Below are positions 39,142-48,992 of a stretch of DNA of 59,871 nucleotides, piece by piece; positions within the stretch are counted from its first letter, which is position 1, and each line of letters opens with the position of its first letter. A program made the position numbers and the translations under genes. The notes under the pieces were generated by a model. It saw nothing but the letters and a program-made list of their open reading frames with translations. It searched no databases and was not told where the DNA came from. Origin of the DNA: a bacterium (GTDB lineage Bacteria; SZUA-182; DTGQ01; JAFGSM01); NCBI GenBank assembly GCA_049472315.1, contig JBLIRN010000018.1, positions 1-59,871 on the forward strand, in the 5' to 3' direction.

Positions 39142-39660
39142 TCACAGGAGCGGTTCCACGTCGATGCTGTTCAGCTCCACCGACAGTGATCGCTGGAGCA
39201 AGTCCACCGACACCACCAGCTTATTTTTCCCCGGATCGGTCTTGACCAGGATCCCCTCCACACCGGTGAGGGGACCGTTCACGATCCGCACCCTTTGGCC
39301 GATTTTGAGATAGGGGAACGGATTCAACATGACATCGTTATTCAGGAGTATGCGTATCGAATCGATCTGTTCATCGGGGATGGGCACCGGCTCGTTCTGG
39401 TTGCCCACGATCCGCGCCACTCCAGGGGTCTTGAGCACATGGAGCCAGGTATACTTGTCGAGGTGGACATTGATGAAGAGGTATCCGTTGAAAAGGGGGA
39501 CCCTGATCCGCTTCTTCCGGTCCTTTCTCGTGCTCCACTTCTCTATCTTGGGGAGAAACACGGGGATCTCCTTGGCGGCAAGGCGCATGTGCACCATATC
39601 CTCGTGCCTGCTGCTGGTATGCACCGCATACCATTTGAAAAAATCCGCCTCCGTATCCAT
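39142..39660 (-). CDS. UpxY/LoaP-like NusG-paralog transcription antiterminator
   Basis: WYAVHT..RHE, WSTRKDRKKRIRVPLFNGYLF, KOW motif GQRVRIVNGPLTGVEG. Confidence 0.9.
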   Translation of the reverse strand: MDTEADFFKWYAVHTSSRHEDMVHMRLAAKEIPVFLPKIEKWSTRKDRKKRIRVPLFNGYLFINVHLDKYTWLHVLKTPGVARIVGNQNEPVPIPDEQIDSIRILLNNDVMLNPFPYLKIGQRVRIVNGPLTGVEGILVKTDPGKNKLVVSVDLLQRSLSVELNSIDVEPLL

Positions 39661-39778
39661 CCTGCTCCTTTTCCTGTGACGTTATGAAGTCAGTATATGA
39701 AGATATTTTATACGCATCATATATTGTAACGTATACACGCGGGATTTTGCAATTTGGGCACTCATACCCTGATCGCCG

Positions 39779-40027
39779 TCACTCGATATCCGCCGGCATG
39801 GCCCTCTGCTCCCCTGTTTCGTCTCTGGTGAGCATCTCGATCTTCTTTTCGGCCATTTCCAGCCTTTTGTTGCACAGTCGCGCGAGTGTTACCCCCTCCT
39901 CGAACAGCCGGAGCGCATCCTCGAGTCCCGGTTCCCCCGATTCCAGTTGGTGGACGATCTCTTCAAGCCTCTTGAGTGCCTTTTCGAAATTCAATGCATC
40001 CCATTTCTCTTTCGAATCCTTCTGCAT
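39779..40027 (-). CDS. xseB: Exodeoxyribonuclease VII small subunit
   Basis: FEKALKRLEEIVHQLESGE..LEDALRLFEEG. Confidence 0.95.
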   Translation of the reverse strand: MQKDSKEKWDALNFEKALKRLEEIVHQLESGEPGLEDALRLFEEGVTLARLCNKRLEMAEKKIEMLTRDETGEQRAMPADIE

Positions 40028-40127
40028 CGTTCCCCCTTTCCTGCCCGTGGATGATTGACTGAGGAATTCCCTGCACAATATGTGCGCGGCATCCGGCGCT
40101 GCACAGGTCATGGATACCTCAAGCGGA

Positions 40128-41498
40128 TCACCCGGACGGACCGCTTGATTCTTCCCGCCGTTTGACCTCGCACACCGCGCCTCCGCGATGAAACCTGAGC
40201 CGGACCGTGTCTCCCGTTTCAAGGTCCGCCGACGTGCGCACGATCTTCTCATCCGGGAGCCTCCAGCACAGGGAATAGCCACGCTTCAGCACGCCCAAGG
40301 GGCTCAGGGCGTCCAGCGCACCCATGGCGGCGGCAAGGGCCTGCCTGCGCTGGTGCATTATCGTCCGCATCAGGGAGCCGAGCCTTCGCTCGTGTTCCCC
40401 GACGCATGCACGGAGCGTTGTCAGCGTCTGGGAGGGATGGAGCCTCGCCAGGAGCCGTTCCGCATGGATCGTCCTCTCCCGGCACCTCGCCGTGTGCAGC
40501 GACATCGCCCGTAACAGCCTCGTTTCCTGCTCGTCGACCGATTCCTGGTTGCTGCGAATGAGCGACAGGGGATCCCGGAATGCCCGGCCCTCGATGAGAT
40601 GACGGACCCGGGTGCGGCTCATCTCGACCCGGTGCATGACCACCTGCAGCAGCCTTTTCTCCAGGGTGGCGAGGTGCTCCTCCAACTGCTGTCTGTGCTG
40701 AACAACCAGCTCAGCGGCTGCGGAAGGGGTGGGAGCCCGGAGGTCCGCCACGAAATCGCTGATGGTGTAGTCGATCTCATGTCCCACCGCGGAGATGACC
40801 GGCACGCGGCAGGAAAAAATCGCCCGCGCCACCACCTCCTCGTTGAAGGCCCAGAGGTCCTCGATGGAACCGCCGCCCCGGGCGAGGATGATGACCTCCA
40901 CGCCGGGCTGCACCTCCAGTTCGCGAATGGCCTGGGCGATCTCCTGGGCAGCCCCTTCCCCCTGCACCCGGACCGGGTTGATCAGTACGTGCACCGCTGC
41001 AAACCTGCGGTTCAGGATGTTCAGGATATCCCTGATTGCCGCGCCGGTCGGCGAGGTAACGATCCCGATCCGCTCCGGCCAGAAGGGTATGGGCCTCTTC
41101 CGTGCCTGGTCAAAGAGACCCTCATTGGCAAGGCGCTCCTTGAGCTGCTCAAACGCCTTCTGAAGGGCGCCGGAGCCGAGGGGTTCCAGGTAGTCGCACA
41201 TGAGCTGGTACTCGCCCCTGCGATCGTACACCGTGATCTTCCCCCGGGCCAGTATGCTCATGCCGTCCTCCGGCTGGAACCGGAGGAAGCGCTGGTTGCC
41301 TTTGAACAGCACACACCGAAGCTGTGCCTGCTGATCCTTGAGCATGAAGTAGACATGGCCGGAGGAGGGTACCCTGAGGTCGCTTACCTCCCCCTCCACC
41401 CAGACCTCGAAAAACTCCTCCTCGAGGCGGCCCCGGATGAGTGCGGTAAGCTGGCTGACCGTATATGCCCGTGCGTTGATACTGCCGAGGACATTCAT
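40128..41498 (-). CDS. xseA: Exodeoxyribonuclease VII large subunit
   Basis: SGHVYFMLKD, TSPTGAAIRD, RGGGSIEDLWAFN, GHEID, RAPTPSAAAE. Confidence 0.97.
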   Translation of the reverse strand: MNVLGSINARAYTVSQLTALIRGRLEEEFFEVWVEGEVSDLRVPSSGHVYFMLKDQQAQLRCVLFKGNQRFLRFQPEDGMSILARGKITVYDRRGEYQLMCDYLEPLGSGALQKAFEQLKERLANEGLFDQARKRPIPFWPERIGIVTSPTGAAIRDILNILNRRFAAVHVLINPVRVQGEGAAQEIAQAIRELEVQPGVEVIILARGGGSIEDLWAFNEEVVARAIFSCRVPVISAVGHEIDYTISDFVADLRAPTPSAAAELVVQHRQQLEEHLATLEKRLLQVVMHRVEMSRTRVRHLIEGRAFRDPLSLIRSNQESVDEQETRLLRAMSLHTARCRERTIHAERLLARLHPSQTLTTLRACVGEHERRLGSLMRTIMHQRRQALAAAMGALDALSPLGVLKRGYSLCWRLPDEKIVRTSADLETGDTVRLRFHRGGAVCEVKRREESSGPSG

Positions 41499-41830
41499 CC
41501 TGTATCCCCCAGTGGTGCACCCGATGATTTCGTACAAGGTCCCGGACCCATCGATATTATATTTATACCACAAAAAAGGGTGCCCTTGACAGCCGTAGGG
41601 ATTCGGACTGTCCGACTGATATGAAAGCTTAAAGGGTCACAATCCACAGGATATTGGGCAATCACGCACAACCTTCCTTGAACATGGTTAGTGTCGCATG
41701 CTATTGTCTGGGAAGGTCTATCTCGTGTATACTAAGCGGGATGCATAAAGGCCCCTATGGCGGTGCGGTTTAGTGAGCCAGCGGGTCCTTTATGCGATGC
41801 CTGTGCAACAAGCGGTGTTCGGGGACAACA

Positions 41831-42367
41831 ATGGGCAATAATCAAGACACCCGTAACGAGGGCAACGCCCCATCAGCAGCCGGGGCCCCCCTCAGGGGTG
41901 CGGTTGTCGGGGTGGCGGTCGGGGAGAGGCGGGGGACCGGCAAGACAGAGGTGCCCTTCATCGACCTGCAGGAGGGCCACGGGGCACTCCGTGACGGCCA
42001 CGCAGGGACCGAAAAGCAGGTCAGCCTTGCGGCAATGGAGGATATCGAGCATATGAACCGAACCTACGGCCTCCATGCCGGGGTGGGCGATTTTGCGGAG
42101 AACATCACCACACGCGGTATCGACCTCATGACGCTTTCCCCCGGGGATGAGCTTCGGGTGGGACCGGCCCTTCTCAAGGTCATACGTAAGGGCAAGACCC
42201 CTGAGGAGATGAAGGACCACACCTTTTCATTCGAGGGACATGTCCTGCTGCCCACGCGGGGCCTGTTCTGCCGGGTGGTCAAGGGAGGGCAGGTGAGACA
42301 AGGTGATACCGTTTCGGTGGTGGGAAAGTCGCAGCATTCCTCCCGCCGGGGAAAGGAACGAGGATAA
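41831..42367 (+). CDS. MOSC domain protein
   Basis: DGHAG..KQVSL, GDFAENITTRG, GLFCRVVKGGQVRQGD. Confidence 0.85.
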   Translation: MGNNQDTRNEGNAPSAAGAPLRGAVVGVAVGERRGTGKTEVPFIDLQEGHGALRDGHAGTEKQVSLAAMEDIEHMNRTYGLHAGVGDFAENITTRGIDLMTLSPGDELRVGPALLKVIRKGKTPEEMKDHTFSFEGHVLLPTRGLFCRVVKGGQVRQGDTVSVVGKSQHSSRRGKERG

Positions 42368-42379
42368 CACGCCAGAACC

Positions 42380-42646
42380 ATGAACGATGACGAAAAGCGG
42401 ATCATTCCCCTTATAAAGATGACTGAAAACCAGGAAGGGATCATTCATGCCCTGGAGGGAGGAGCACAGTTTCATGCCCGTCTCCAGGCCCTGAATATAC
42501 GGATCGGAAAACGCGTCAAAAAGATAAGCGCTACGCCCTTTCGCGGCCCGGTGGTGATCGAGGTGGACAGGTCCAAGGTGGCCATAGGGCACGGGATGGC
42601 GCAGAAGGTGCTGGTCGCGGTCAGCGACCGGAAGCCTCGCCCATGA
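42380..42646 (+). CDS. feoA: Ferrous iron transport protein A
   Basis: RLQALNIRIG, PFRGPVVI, VAIGHGMAQKVLV; upstream of feoB. Confidence 0.92.
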   Translation: MNDDEKRIIPLIKMTENQEGIIHALEGGAQFHARLQALNIRIGKRVKKISATPFRGPVVIEVDRSKVAIGHGMAQKVLVAVSDRKPRP

Positions 42647-42665
42647 ACAAGGTCCCAGGCGCACC

Positions 42666-42781
42666 CGAAGCGAGCCATACAGGCAAAGGTAACTGGAAGG
42701 GGCAACATAGTAGCTCCGCTGCGCTTCGCCTAACAAGTCTTGTTGGCGCACCCCCCTTCCCGTACGATATTGAATAATTAC
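42666..42781 (+). repeat. Dispersed REP/MITE-like element, most complete copy D, between feoA and feoB
   Basis: GAAGCGAGCCATACAGG...GGTAACTGGAAGGGGCAACATAGTAGCTCCGCTGCGCTTCGCCTAACAAGTCTTGTTGGCGCACCCCCCTTCCCGTACGATATTGAATAATTAC. Confidence 0.85.
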
Positions 42782-42798
42782 ATGCGGGGGGCTGATAT

Positions 42799-44508
42799 GT
42801 GAAGATCCTGCTTATGGGCAACCCCAACGTGGGCAAGAGCGTCATCTTTTCCCGCCTCACCGGCGCCCATGTCATCTCCTCCAACTATCCCGGCACTACC
42901 GTAGGATTCACCAAGGGGAACATATGGCTCCATGGGCAGCGGCATGAAATCATCGACGTGCCGGGCACCTACACCCTCAATCCCACGTCCAGGGCCGAAG
43001 AGGTGGCGGTGGAGATGCTCACCGAAGGGGACCTGATCATCAATGTGGTGGACGCCACCAACCTGGAGCGGAGCCTCTACCTTACCACCCAGCTTCTCGA
43101 TCGGGAAGCCCCCGTCATCATCGCCCTCAACATGTGGGACGACACCAGGCACCGGGGGATCAACATCGACCTGGACCGTCTGCGGGAATTGGTCAGGTGC
43201 ACGGTTATTCCTACGGTTGCCGTAACAGGGGAGGGGATCAAGGACCTGGTGGCCGCACTTCCCAAGGACGCCGATGATCTCGTTCCCGTGCTCACCACCG
43301 CCTGTTCCTCCGACGATGAGCGCTGGACCCATATCGGGCAGATCATCAAGGAGGTGCAGCACATCTCCCACCGGCACCACACCTTCTTCGAGCGGCTCGG
43401 CGACGCCACCATCAAGCCCCTCACCGGCATCCCCTTTGCGATTTTTGTGATCGGGCTCTCCTTCACCATCGTACGGGTATTGGGGGAGGGACTGATCAAC
43501 CGGCTGCTGGACCCCCTGTTCGAGCGCTACTACGCCCCCTTCATCATCAAGGTCGTGGAGCTCGCCTTTCCTTCAGGGATCATCCACCATATCCTCCTCG
43601 GTGAGTCCACCAGCTTCCTGGAATCCATGGGGCTCCTTATCACGGGCATCTATGTCCCCATCGTCCTGGTCCTCCCCTACATCCTGTCATTCTATCTCGT
43701 GCTGAGCTTCCTTGAGGACTCGGGCTACCTTCCCCGGCTTGCCGTGCTCATGGATACCGTCATGCACCGGATCGGCCTGCACGGATTCGCGGTCGTCTCC
43801 TTCATCCTGGGGCTTGGGTGCAATGTGCCGGGTGCGCTCTCCACCCGTATCATGGAGACAAAAAGGGAGAAATTCATCGCCGGGACCCTCCTCGGGGTGT
43901 CCGTTCCGTGCATGGCCCAGACGGCCATGATCATCGGCCTGGTGGGGCCTTACGGCAACCGTTACGTATTCTTCATCTACGGGGTCATCTTTTCATGGGG
44001 CATCCTGGTGGGGGTTATCCTTGACAGGCTCCTGAAAGGTGGAAGCCCTGAGATCTTCATCGAGGTCCCCGGCTATCATGTCCCCCACCTGGGGACCCTG
44101 TTCAAGAAGCTCCGGATGCGGATCAACGGCTTTTTGAACGAGGCGGTGCCTCTCGTGCTGCTCGGCGTGGTGATCATCAACCTGCTCCACTTCCTCGGGA
44201 TCCTGGAACTGATCGGTGCCATGGCGGCGCCCGTGCTCAAGCACGGGCTGGGATTGCCCAAGGAGGTGGTCTCCGCCATGATCATCGGCTTCCTGCGGAA
44301 GGACGTGGCAGTGGGGCTTTTGAAGCCCCTCCGCCTCAACCTCAAACAGCTCATCATTGCCTGCACCGTCCTCACCATCTATTTTCCCTGCCTTGCCACC
44401 TTCTTTGTCCTCCTCAAGGAGTTGGGGCTCAAGGATATGATGAAATCCGCATTCATCATGATCGGGAGTTCCATCCTCGTCGGAGTGATACTCAATCTCA
44501 TCCTATAA
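42799..44508 (+). CDS. feoB: Ferrous iron transporter B (compact, 569 aa)
   Basis: GNPNVGKS, NYPGTTV, DVPG and NMWD GTPase motifs; LEDSGYLPR, GCNVP and YFPC gate motifs. Confidence 0.95.
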   Translation: MKILLMGNPNVGKSVIFSRLTGAHVISSNYPGTTVGFTKGNIWLHGQRHEIIDVPGTYTLNPTSRAEEVAVEMLTEGDLIINVVDATNLERSLYLTTQLLDREAPVIIALNMWDDTRHRGINIDLDRLRELVRCTVIPTVAVTGEGIKDLVAALPKDADDLVPVLTTACSSDDERWTHIGQIIKEVQHISHRHHTFFERLGDATIKPLTGIPFAIFVIGLSFTIVRVLGEGLINRLLDPLFERYYAPFIIKVVELAFPSGIIHHILLGESTSFLESMGLLITGIYVPIVLVLPYILSFYLVLSFLEDSGYLPRLAVLMDTVMHRIGLHGFAVVSFILGLGCNVPGALSTRIMETKREKFIAGTLLGVSVPCMAQTAMIIGLVGPYGNRYVFFIYGVIFSWGILVGVILDRLLKGGSPEIFIEVPGYHVPHLGTLFKKLRMRINGFLNEAVPLVLLGVVIINLLHFLGILELIGAMAAPVLKHGLGLPKEVVSAMIIGFLRKDVAVGLLKPLRLNLKQLIIACTVLTIYFPCLATFFVLLKELGLKDMMKSAFIMIGSSILVGVILNLIL

Positions 44509-44633
44509 ATTGAAGAAAGACCTATCTTCCGATTAAAGAAGGGAGGAACTAAACTCGCGATCAGGATCCGACGGGTTTTGGGGGGGAAGCCCTCCGAACA
44601 TAGGTTGAAGATAACCACTTAGTACATTTTGGG

Positions 44634-44679
44634 ATGGGAAGGGGGGGCACCCCCTTCCCATACGATACTGAGCAATTAC
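44634..44679 (+). repeat. REP-like hairpin unit (perfect 12-bp stem) sharing the 3' end of copy D
   Basis: ATGGGAAGGGGG-GGCA-CCCCCTTCCCAT then ACGATACTGAGCAATTAC. Confidence 0.75.
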
Positions 44680-44733
44680 TGATGAATGGTGGTGAAGGTG
44701 CCTCTGTTTTCCAACACTGAGGTCACATCCGGC

Positions 44734-45630
44734 ATGGTACGGCGGCCCTCGAAGGGCAGGGCACTGGTGCGCCGAAGCCCAATTTTTTTGTTTCTCCTCC
44801 TCTTTTCCCTGGCCCTTTTCACGGCGCCCCTGGTCATCCGGTCTCCTTCCGCCGGCATCCAGCAGGACTATACCATCGGACCCCAGGACAGGCTGAAGAT
44901 CGAGGTGTGGGACAATCCCGACCTCACCCGGGAGGTATCCGTGTCCCTCATGGGCACCTTTACCTTTCCCCTGATCGGGGAGGTGCAGGCCGAGGGCCTC
45001 ACCACCGACCAGGTGCGCAGGGAGCTTGTCCGGCTCCTTGCCGACGGGTATCTCATCGATCCGCAGGTCACGGTGACCATCAGCGAATACCGCAGCAAGC
45101 AGGTGAATGTACTGGGCGAGGTGAAGAACCCCGGCACCTACCCCTACACCCGCAGGACCTCCCTCATCGAGATGATCTCCCTGGCCGGGGGGCTGACCGA
45201 GGAGGCGGGGCCCGAGGCATTCATCCTGCGCTCCGGGCAAGGACTTCCCACCGGCCTTCCCGGCGCCGAGGCCGCAGAGCCGTCGGATAGTGACCCGAAC
45301 TTCTCCATGAAGCGGGTCGACCTGCACGAGCTCCTCCAGGCAGGGGAGAATATCTATTTTTTGCTGCAGGAGGACGATACGATTTATATACCCCGGGCGG
45401 ATTTCTACTATGTGCTGGGCGAGGTGAACAAGCCGGGGCAGTATAAGCTGGAGAAGGACACCACCGTGCTCAAGGCCATCACCACCGCGGGGGGGAATAC
45501 CAAGAAGGCGAACCTCAAGAGGGTCACCGTGGTAAGGGATATCGACGGGAAGGAGCGAGAGATGCCTGCGGACCTCTTTCAATCGATCCAGCCCGACGAC
45601 ATCATCAGGGTGCCCGAGAGCTTTTTTTAG
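44734..45630 (+). CDS. Polysaccharide export protein (Wza/OPX-like, Poly_export plus two SLBB); start uncertain
   Basis: YTIGPQDRL, FPLIGEV, VLGEVKNPG, VLGEVNKPG, PESFF C-terminus. Confidence 0.9.
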   Translation: MVRRPSKGRALVRRSPIFLFLLLFSLALFTAPLVIRSPSAGIQQDYTIGPQDRLKIEVWDNPDLTREVSVSLMGTFTFPLIGEVQAEGLTTDQVRRELVRLLADGYLIDPQVTVTISEYRSKQVNVLGEVKNPGTYPYTRRTSLIEMISLAGGLTEEAGPEAFILRSGQGLPTGLPGAEAAEPSDSDPNFSMKRVDLHELLQAGENIYFLLQEDDTIYIPRADFYYVLGEVNKPGQYKLEKDTTVLKAITTAGGNTKKANLKRVTVVRDIDGKEREMPADLFQSIQPDDIIRVPESFF

Positions 45631-45640
45631 ATACAGCGAG

Positions 45641-47965
45641 GTGCTGAACATGGAGCCGTCAAAGCCAGCCATTCCGTATCAGACGAATCAAGGGCAGATG
45701 GTTTCATTCGTCCCCAAGACCAATCCCGAGGAGGAGATCAACCTTCGAGACTATTGGCTCGTGGTGTCCAAGCGGCGTTGGTCGGTGGTCACCGTGTTCG
45801 TTATCATCGTGGTGATCACCACGATCACCAGCTTTCATGCCACCCCGATATATCGTGCCACCACCAGGCTGCAGATCGACTCGGAGAACCCGAACATCAT
45901 CTCCATCGACGAGGTGATGAAGGTTTCCCCCTCCGACCGGGACTACCAGCAGACCCAGTACCAGTTGCTCCAAAGCAGGAGCCTTGCCCGAAAGGTGATC
46001 GAGGAGCTTGACCTTGCCAACAGCCCGGAGTTTACAAGCATAGACAGCGCCTTCCTCAGGTTTGTGAACGCCATGAACCCCCGGCGGCTCATCACCGGCC
46101 TGCTTGGTGCCCTTCGCGGTGGGGGCGAGACAAGAGAGCCCTCTGCCGAGGAGCGCGAGGAGGGATTGATGTCCGACCTCATCGACGAATACCTCAGCCG
46201 TCTGCAGGTGGACCCCGAGCGGAACACCAGGCTGGTGAGCGTCTCATTCAGCGGTATGTATCCGAAGGTCGTCTTCGAGATCGCGGACACCCACGCCCGG
46301 CTTTTCATCGAGCACAATCTTGGGCTGAAGTTCACCGCCTCAACCGATGCGATCGAGTGGCTGGACCAGCACCTGGGCCAGCTCAAAAAGAAGGTGGAGG
46401 ACTCCGAGGCGGACCTGCACCGCTACAAGGAGGAAAACAGCATCGTATCGCTCGAGGAGCGGCAGAACATCATCGTGCAACGACTCTCCGAGCTGAACTC
46501 CGCCCTCACCCGGGCGAAGACCGACCGGATCAGGCTGGAGACCCTGTACCAGCAGGTCACCAAGTACGCGGGAAAGGAGGCGGTGATCGAATCGCTTCCC
46601 TCGGTGATCAACAACAGCCTCATCCAGGAGCTGAAGACCGAGTACATCGGCCTTCAGGCGGAATACAACCGGATCGCAAAAAAATACGGGGCAAAGCACC
46701 CCCACATCGTGGAGATCACCTCCAAACGGGACCTCATCGGGGAGAAGATCCGGGCAGAGGTGCAGAAGATCATCAACAGCATAAAGACCGAGTACGAAAT
46801 CGCCCTGTCCGAGGAAAACGTGCTGAAGGAGGCCATGGAGGAGCAGAAGCGGGAGGCCATGGACCTGAACAAGAAGGCCATCCGCTACGGCGTGCTGAAG
46901 CGCGAGGCCGAGAGCAACAAGGAGGTGTTTAACGTGGTGCTGAACCGGCTCAAGGAGACCGATCTCACCCGGGGTCTCAAGGCGAGCAACATCACCATCG
47001 TGGACCCCGCCGAGATGCCCCAATACCCCATCAGGCCCCGCAAGAAGCTCAACATCATCCTGGCCGCCGTCATCGGGCTCATGTTGGGTGTGGGCCTCGC
47101 CTTCTTCTTCGAGTACCTGGACGATACCGTGAAGACCCCCGACGACCTCAAGCGCTACTTCGGCATCCCCTTCCTGGGCCCCATCCCCCACCACGACTTT
47201 TCCCAGCACACCTCCCAGAAATACCCGGAGCTGGTCACCTTCTTTGATCCCAAGAGCAAGGTGAGCGAGGCGTACAAGGGGCTTCGCACCAGCATCCTGT
47301 TTTCCATCCCCAAGGAGGGGGGCAAGGCCATCATGATCACCAGCGCCGGTCCTGCAGAGGGAAAGAGCCTCACCGTGGCGAACCTCGCCGTGAGCCTGGC
47401 CCAGACCGGAAACAGCGTGTGCATCCTGGATTGTGACATGAGAAAGCCGCGGTTGCATAAGCTCTTTCACTTTGAAAACGAGGATGGCTTGACCAGCGTT
47501 CTGGTGGGCAAGACCTCCCTTTCCGGGGTCACCCGTAATGGGATCATCCAGGGGCTTTCCCTCATCCCCTGCGGCCAGCGTCCCCCCAACCCCTCGGAGC
47601 TTCTGGGCTCCCCCCAGATGCAGACCCTGCTCAACGAGCTTCGAAATCTCTATGACTTCATCATCATGGACTCTCCCCCCCTTGCCGCGGTGACCGATTC
47701 CGTGGTGCTCGCCCGGTTCGCGGACGGGGTGTGCCTGGTGATCAAGGGCGGGGAGACCGGCCGCGAGGTGATCACCCGCGGGGTGGATCTTTTGCGCAAC
47801 GCCCAGGCCCACATCCTGGGCGCGGTGATCAACAACATCGACATCGCCCATAAGCGGTACTACTATTACTACCAGTACTACTACTACAGCTACTACGGGG
47901 ACGAGGACGAGGGCCCCCGATCCAAGCTGTCCGGAAAGCGCCACCGCAGGCACAGGAGCTTGTAG
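45641..47965 (+). CDS. wzc: Polysaccharide co-polymerase / BY-kinase (Wzc)
   Basis: Two TM segments around a coiled coil; PAEGKS, DCDMRKP, PPNPSELL, DSPP; C-terminal Tyr cluster. Confidence 0.94.
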   Translation: MLNMEPSKPAIPYQTNQGQMVSFVPKTNPEEEINLRDYWLVVSKRRWSVVTVFVIIVVITTITSFHATPIYRATTRLQIDSENPNIISIDEVMKVSPSDRDYQQTQYQLLQSRSLARKVIEELDLANSPEFTSIDSAFLRFVNAMNPRRLITGLLGALRGGGETREPSAEEREEGLMSDLIDEYLSRLQVDPERNTRLVSVSFSGMYPKVVFEIADTHARLFIEHNLGLKFTASTDAIEWLDQHLGQLKKKVEDSEADLHRYKEENSIVSLEERQNIIVQRLSELNSALTRAKTDRIRLETLYQQVTKYAGKEAVIESLPSVINNSLIQELKTEYIGLQAEYNRIAKKYGAKHPHIVEITSKRDLIGEKIRAEVQKIINSIKTEYEIALSEENVLKEAMEEQKREAMDLNKKAIRYGVLKREAESNKEVFNVVLNRLKETDLTRGLKASNITIVDPAEMPQYPIRPRKKLNIILAAVIGLMLGVGLAFFFEYLDDTVKTPDDLKRYFGIPFLGPIPHHDFSQHTSQKYPELVTFFDPKSKVSEAYKGLRTSILFSIPKEGGKAIMITSAGPAEGKSLTVANLAVSLAQTGNSVCILDCDMRKPRLHKLFHFENEDGLTSVLVGKTSLSGVTRNGIIQGLSLIPCGQRPPNPSELLGSPQMQTLLNELRNLYDFIIMDSPPLAAVTDSVVLARFADGVCLVIKGGETGREVITRGVDLLRNAQAHILGAVINNIDIAHKRYYYYYQYYYYSYYGDEDEGPRSKLSGKRHRRHRSL

Positions 47966-48071
47966 GGTACCCTGATCGCGGGAACGTGTCGGGCCTCCCC
48001 CCGCCGCGTGGCGGTTCATGTTGACCATGAGGTCGGTATGCCATCACCTGAAGAAATTCAAACACTTTTCG

Positions 48072-48101
48072 TTGACAAAAAATATCAACCATGCATATAC
48101 T
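48072..48101 (+). promoter_or_regulatory. sigma70-type promoter of the DUF433-DUF5615 cassette
   Basis: TTGACA-N18-TATACT. Confidence 0.55.
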
Positions 48102-48138
48102 ATTTTAGAGAAAGGGAACTTAAATAGGGAGGTTAGAC

Positions 48139-48369
48139 GTGAAATTTACACGCATTACTGTTAATCCAGATCAAATGGGAGGCGTGCCCTGTATCCGCGG
48201 ATTGCGTATTCCTGTTTCAACAGTAGTGGGTATGGTTGCTGATGGCATGAAAGAAGAAGAGATTCTCAATGCCTTCCCCGATCTTGAACGGGAGGATATC
48301 CGCGAAGCCTTGCAGTATGCTGCAGAGGCTGTACGTGAGCGCGGATTGCCATTGGTAACCATACGGTGA
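48139..48369 (+). CDS. DUF433 putative antitoxin
   Basis: [22 protein letters not shown]...[25 protein letters not shown]. Confidence 0.92.
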   Translation: MKFTRITVNPDQMGGVPCIRGLRIPVSTVVGMVADGMKEEEILNAFPDLEREDIREALQYAAEAVRERGLPLVTIR

Positions 48370-48740
48370 AATTTCTTGTGGACAATGCCTTGTCTCCCTT
48401 AACGGCTCAAGGACTACGTCAGGGTGGATTTGATGCTGTCCATGTGAGAGATTATGCTATGCAAGCAGCAAGCGATACGGAGATTTTCAAGCGTGCTGCT
48501 GATGAAGGACGAGTCATTATCACCGCTGATACCGATTTCGGTACGCTCCTTGCGCTTAGGCACGAAACAAAACCTTCATTGATCATTTTTCGACGGACAT
48601 CTCAGCGGCGACCTGAAGCCCAAGTATCGCTTGTAAGTGCCAACTTGCCGCTCATAGCGGATGACTTGGAAAGAGGCGCCATTGTTGTTTTTGAAGAGAA
48701 TCGAATTCGCTTACGTACCCTTCCGATAGGTTCCGAATAA
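48366..48740 (+). CDS. DUF5615 PIN-like putative toxin
   Basis: [32 protein letters not shown] overlap with DUF433. Confidence 0.9.
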   Translation: MKFLVDNALSPLTAQGLRQGGFDAVHVRDYAMQAASDTEIFKRAADEGRVIITADTDFGTLLALRHETKPSLIIFRRTSQRRPEAQVSLVSANLPLIADDLERGAIVVFEENRIRLRTLPIGSE

Positions 48741-48992
48741 AATTGGAATCCCGTATGAGTTCTTAAACCTCTTACAATTCTCATTGTCAATTTTTAAATA
48801 ATCACAAAATTCCCGCGGTGTGCATTGAAAAATCCTGAAGGATATCGTGGTTATTTTCCAAAAAAATCCGAAGATGAATATAGGGAGTACGATATAATCC
48901 TGTTCATTTCCCGGCAGACACCATATATCATGGTTACCATGACTGCCGTGGAACTCCATGCGCAAGACGGGCATGTAAGGGAGGTTAGAGCG

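Noticed and set aside
42765..42785. Fur-box-like GATATTGAATAATTAC before feoB
   Set aside because: It is the terminal part of the dispersed repeat, with similar sequence at 44664 and 11042, and it is a weak palindrome
31055..44508. Magnetosome link between the Leu-Gly protein and feoAB
   Set aside because: No mam or mms genes are present, the loci are 10 kb apart with housekeeping genes between, and the similarity is compositional only
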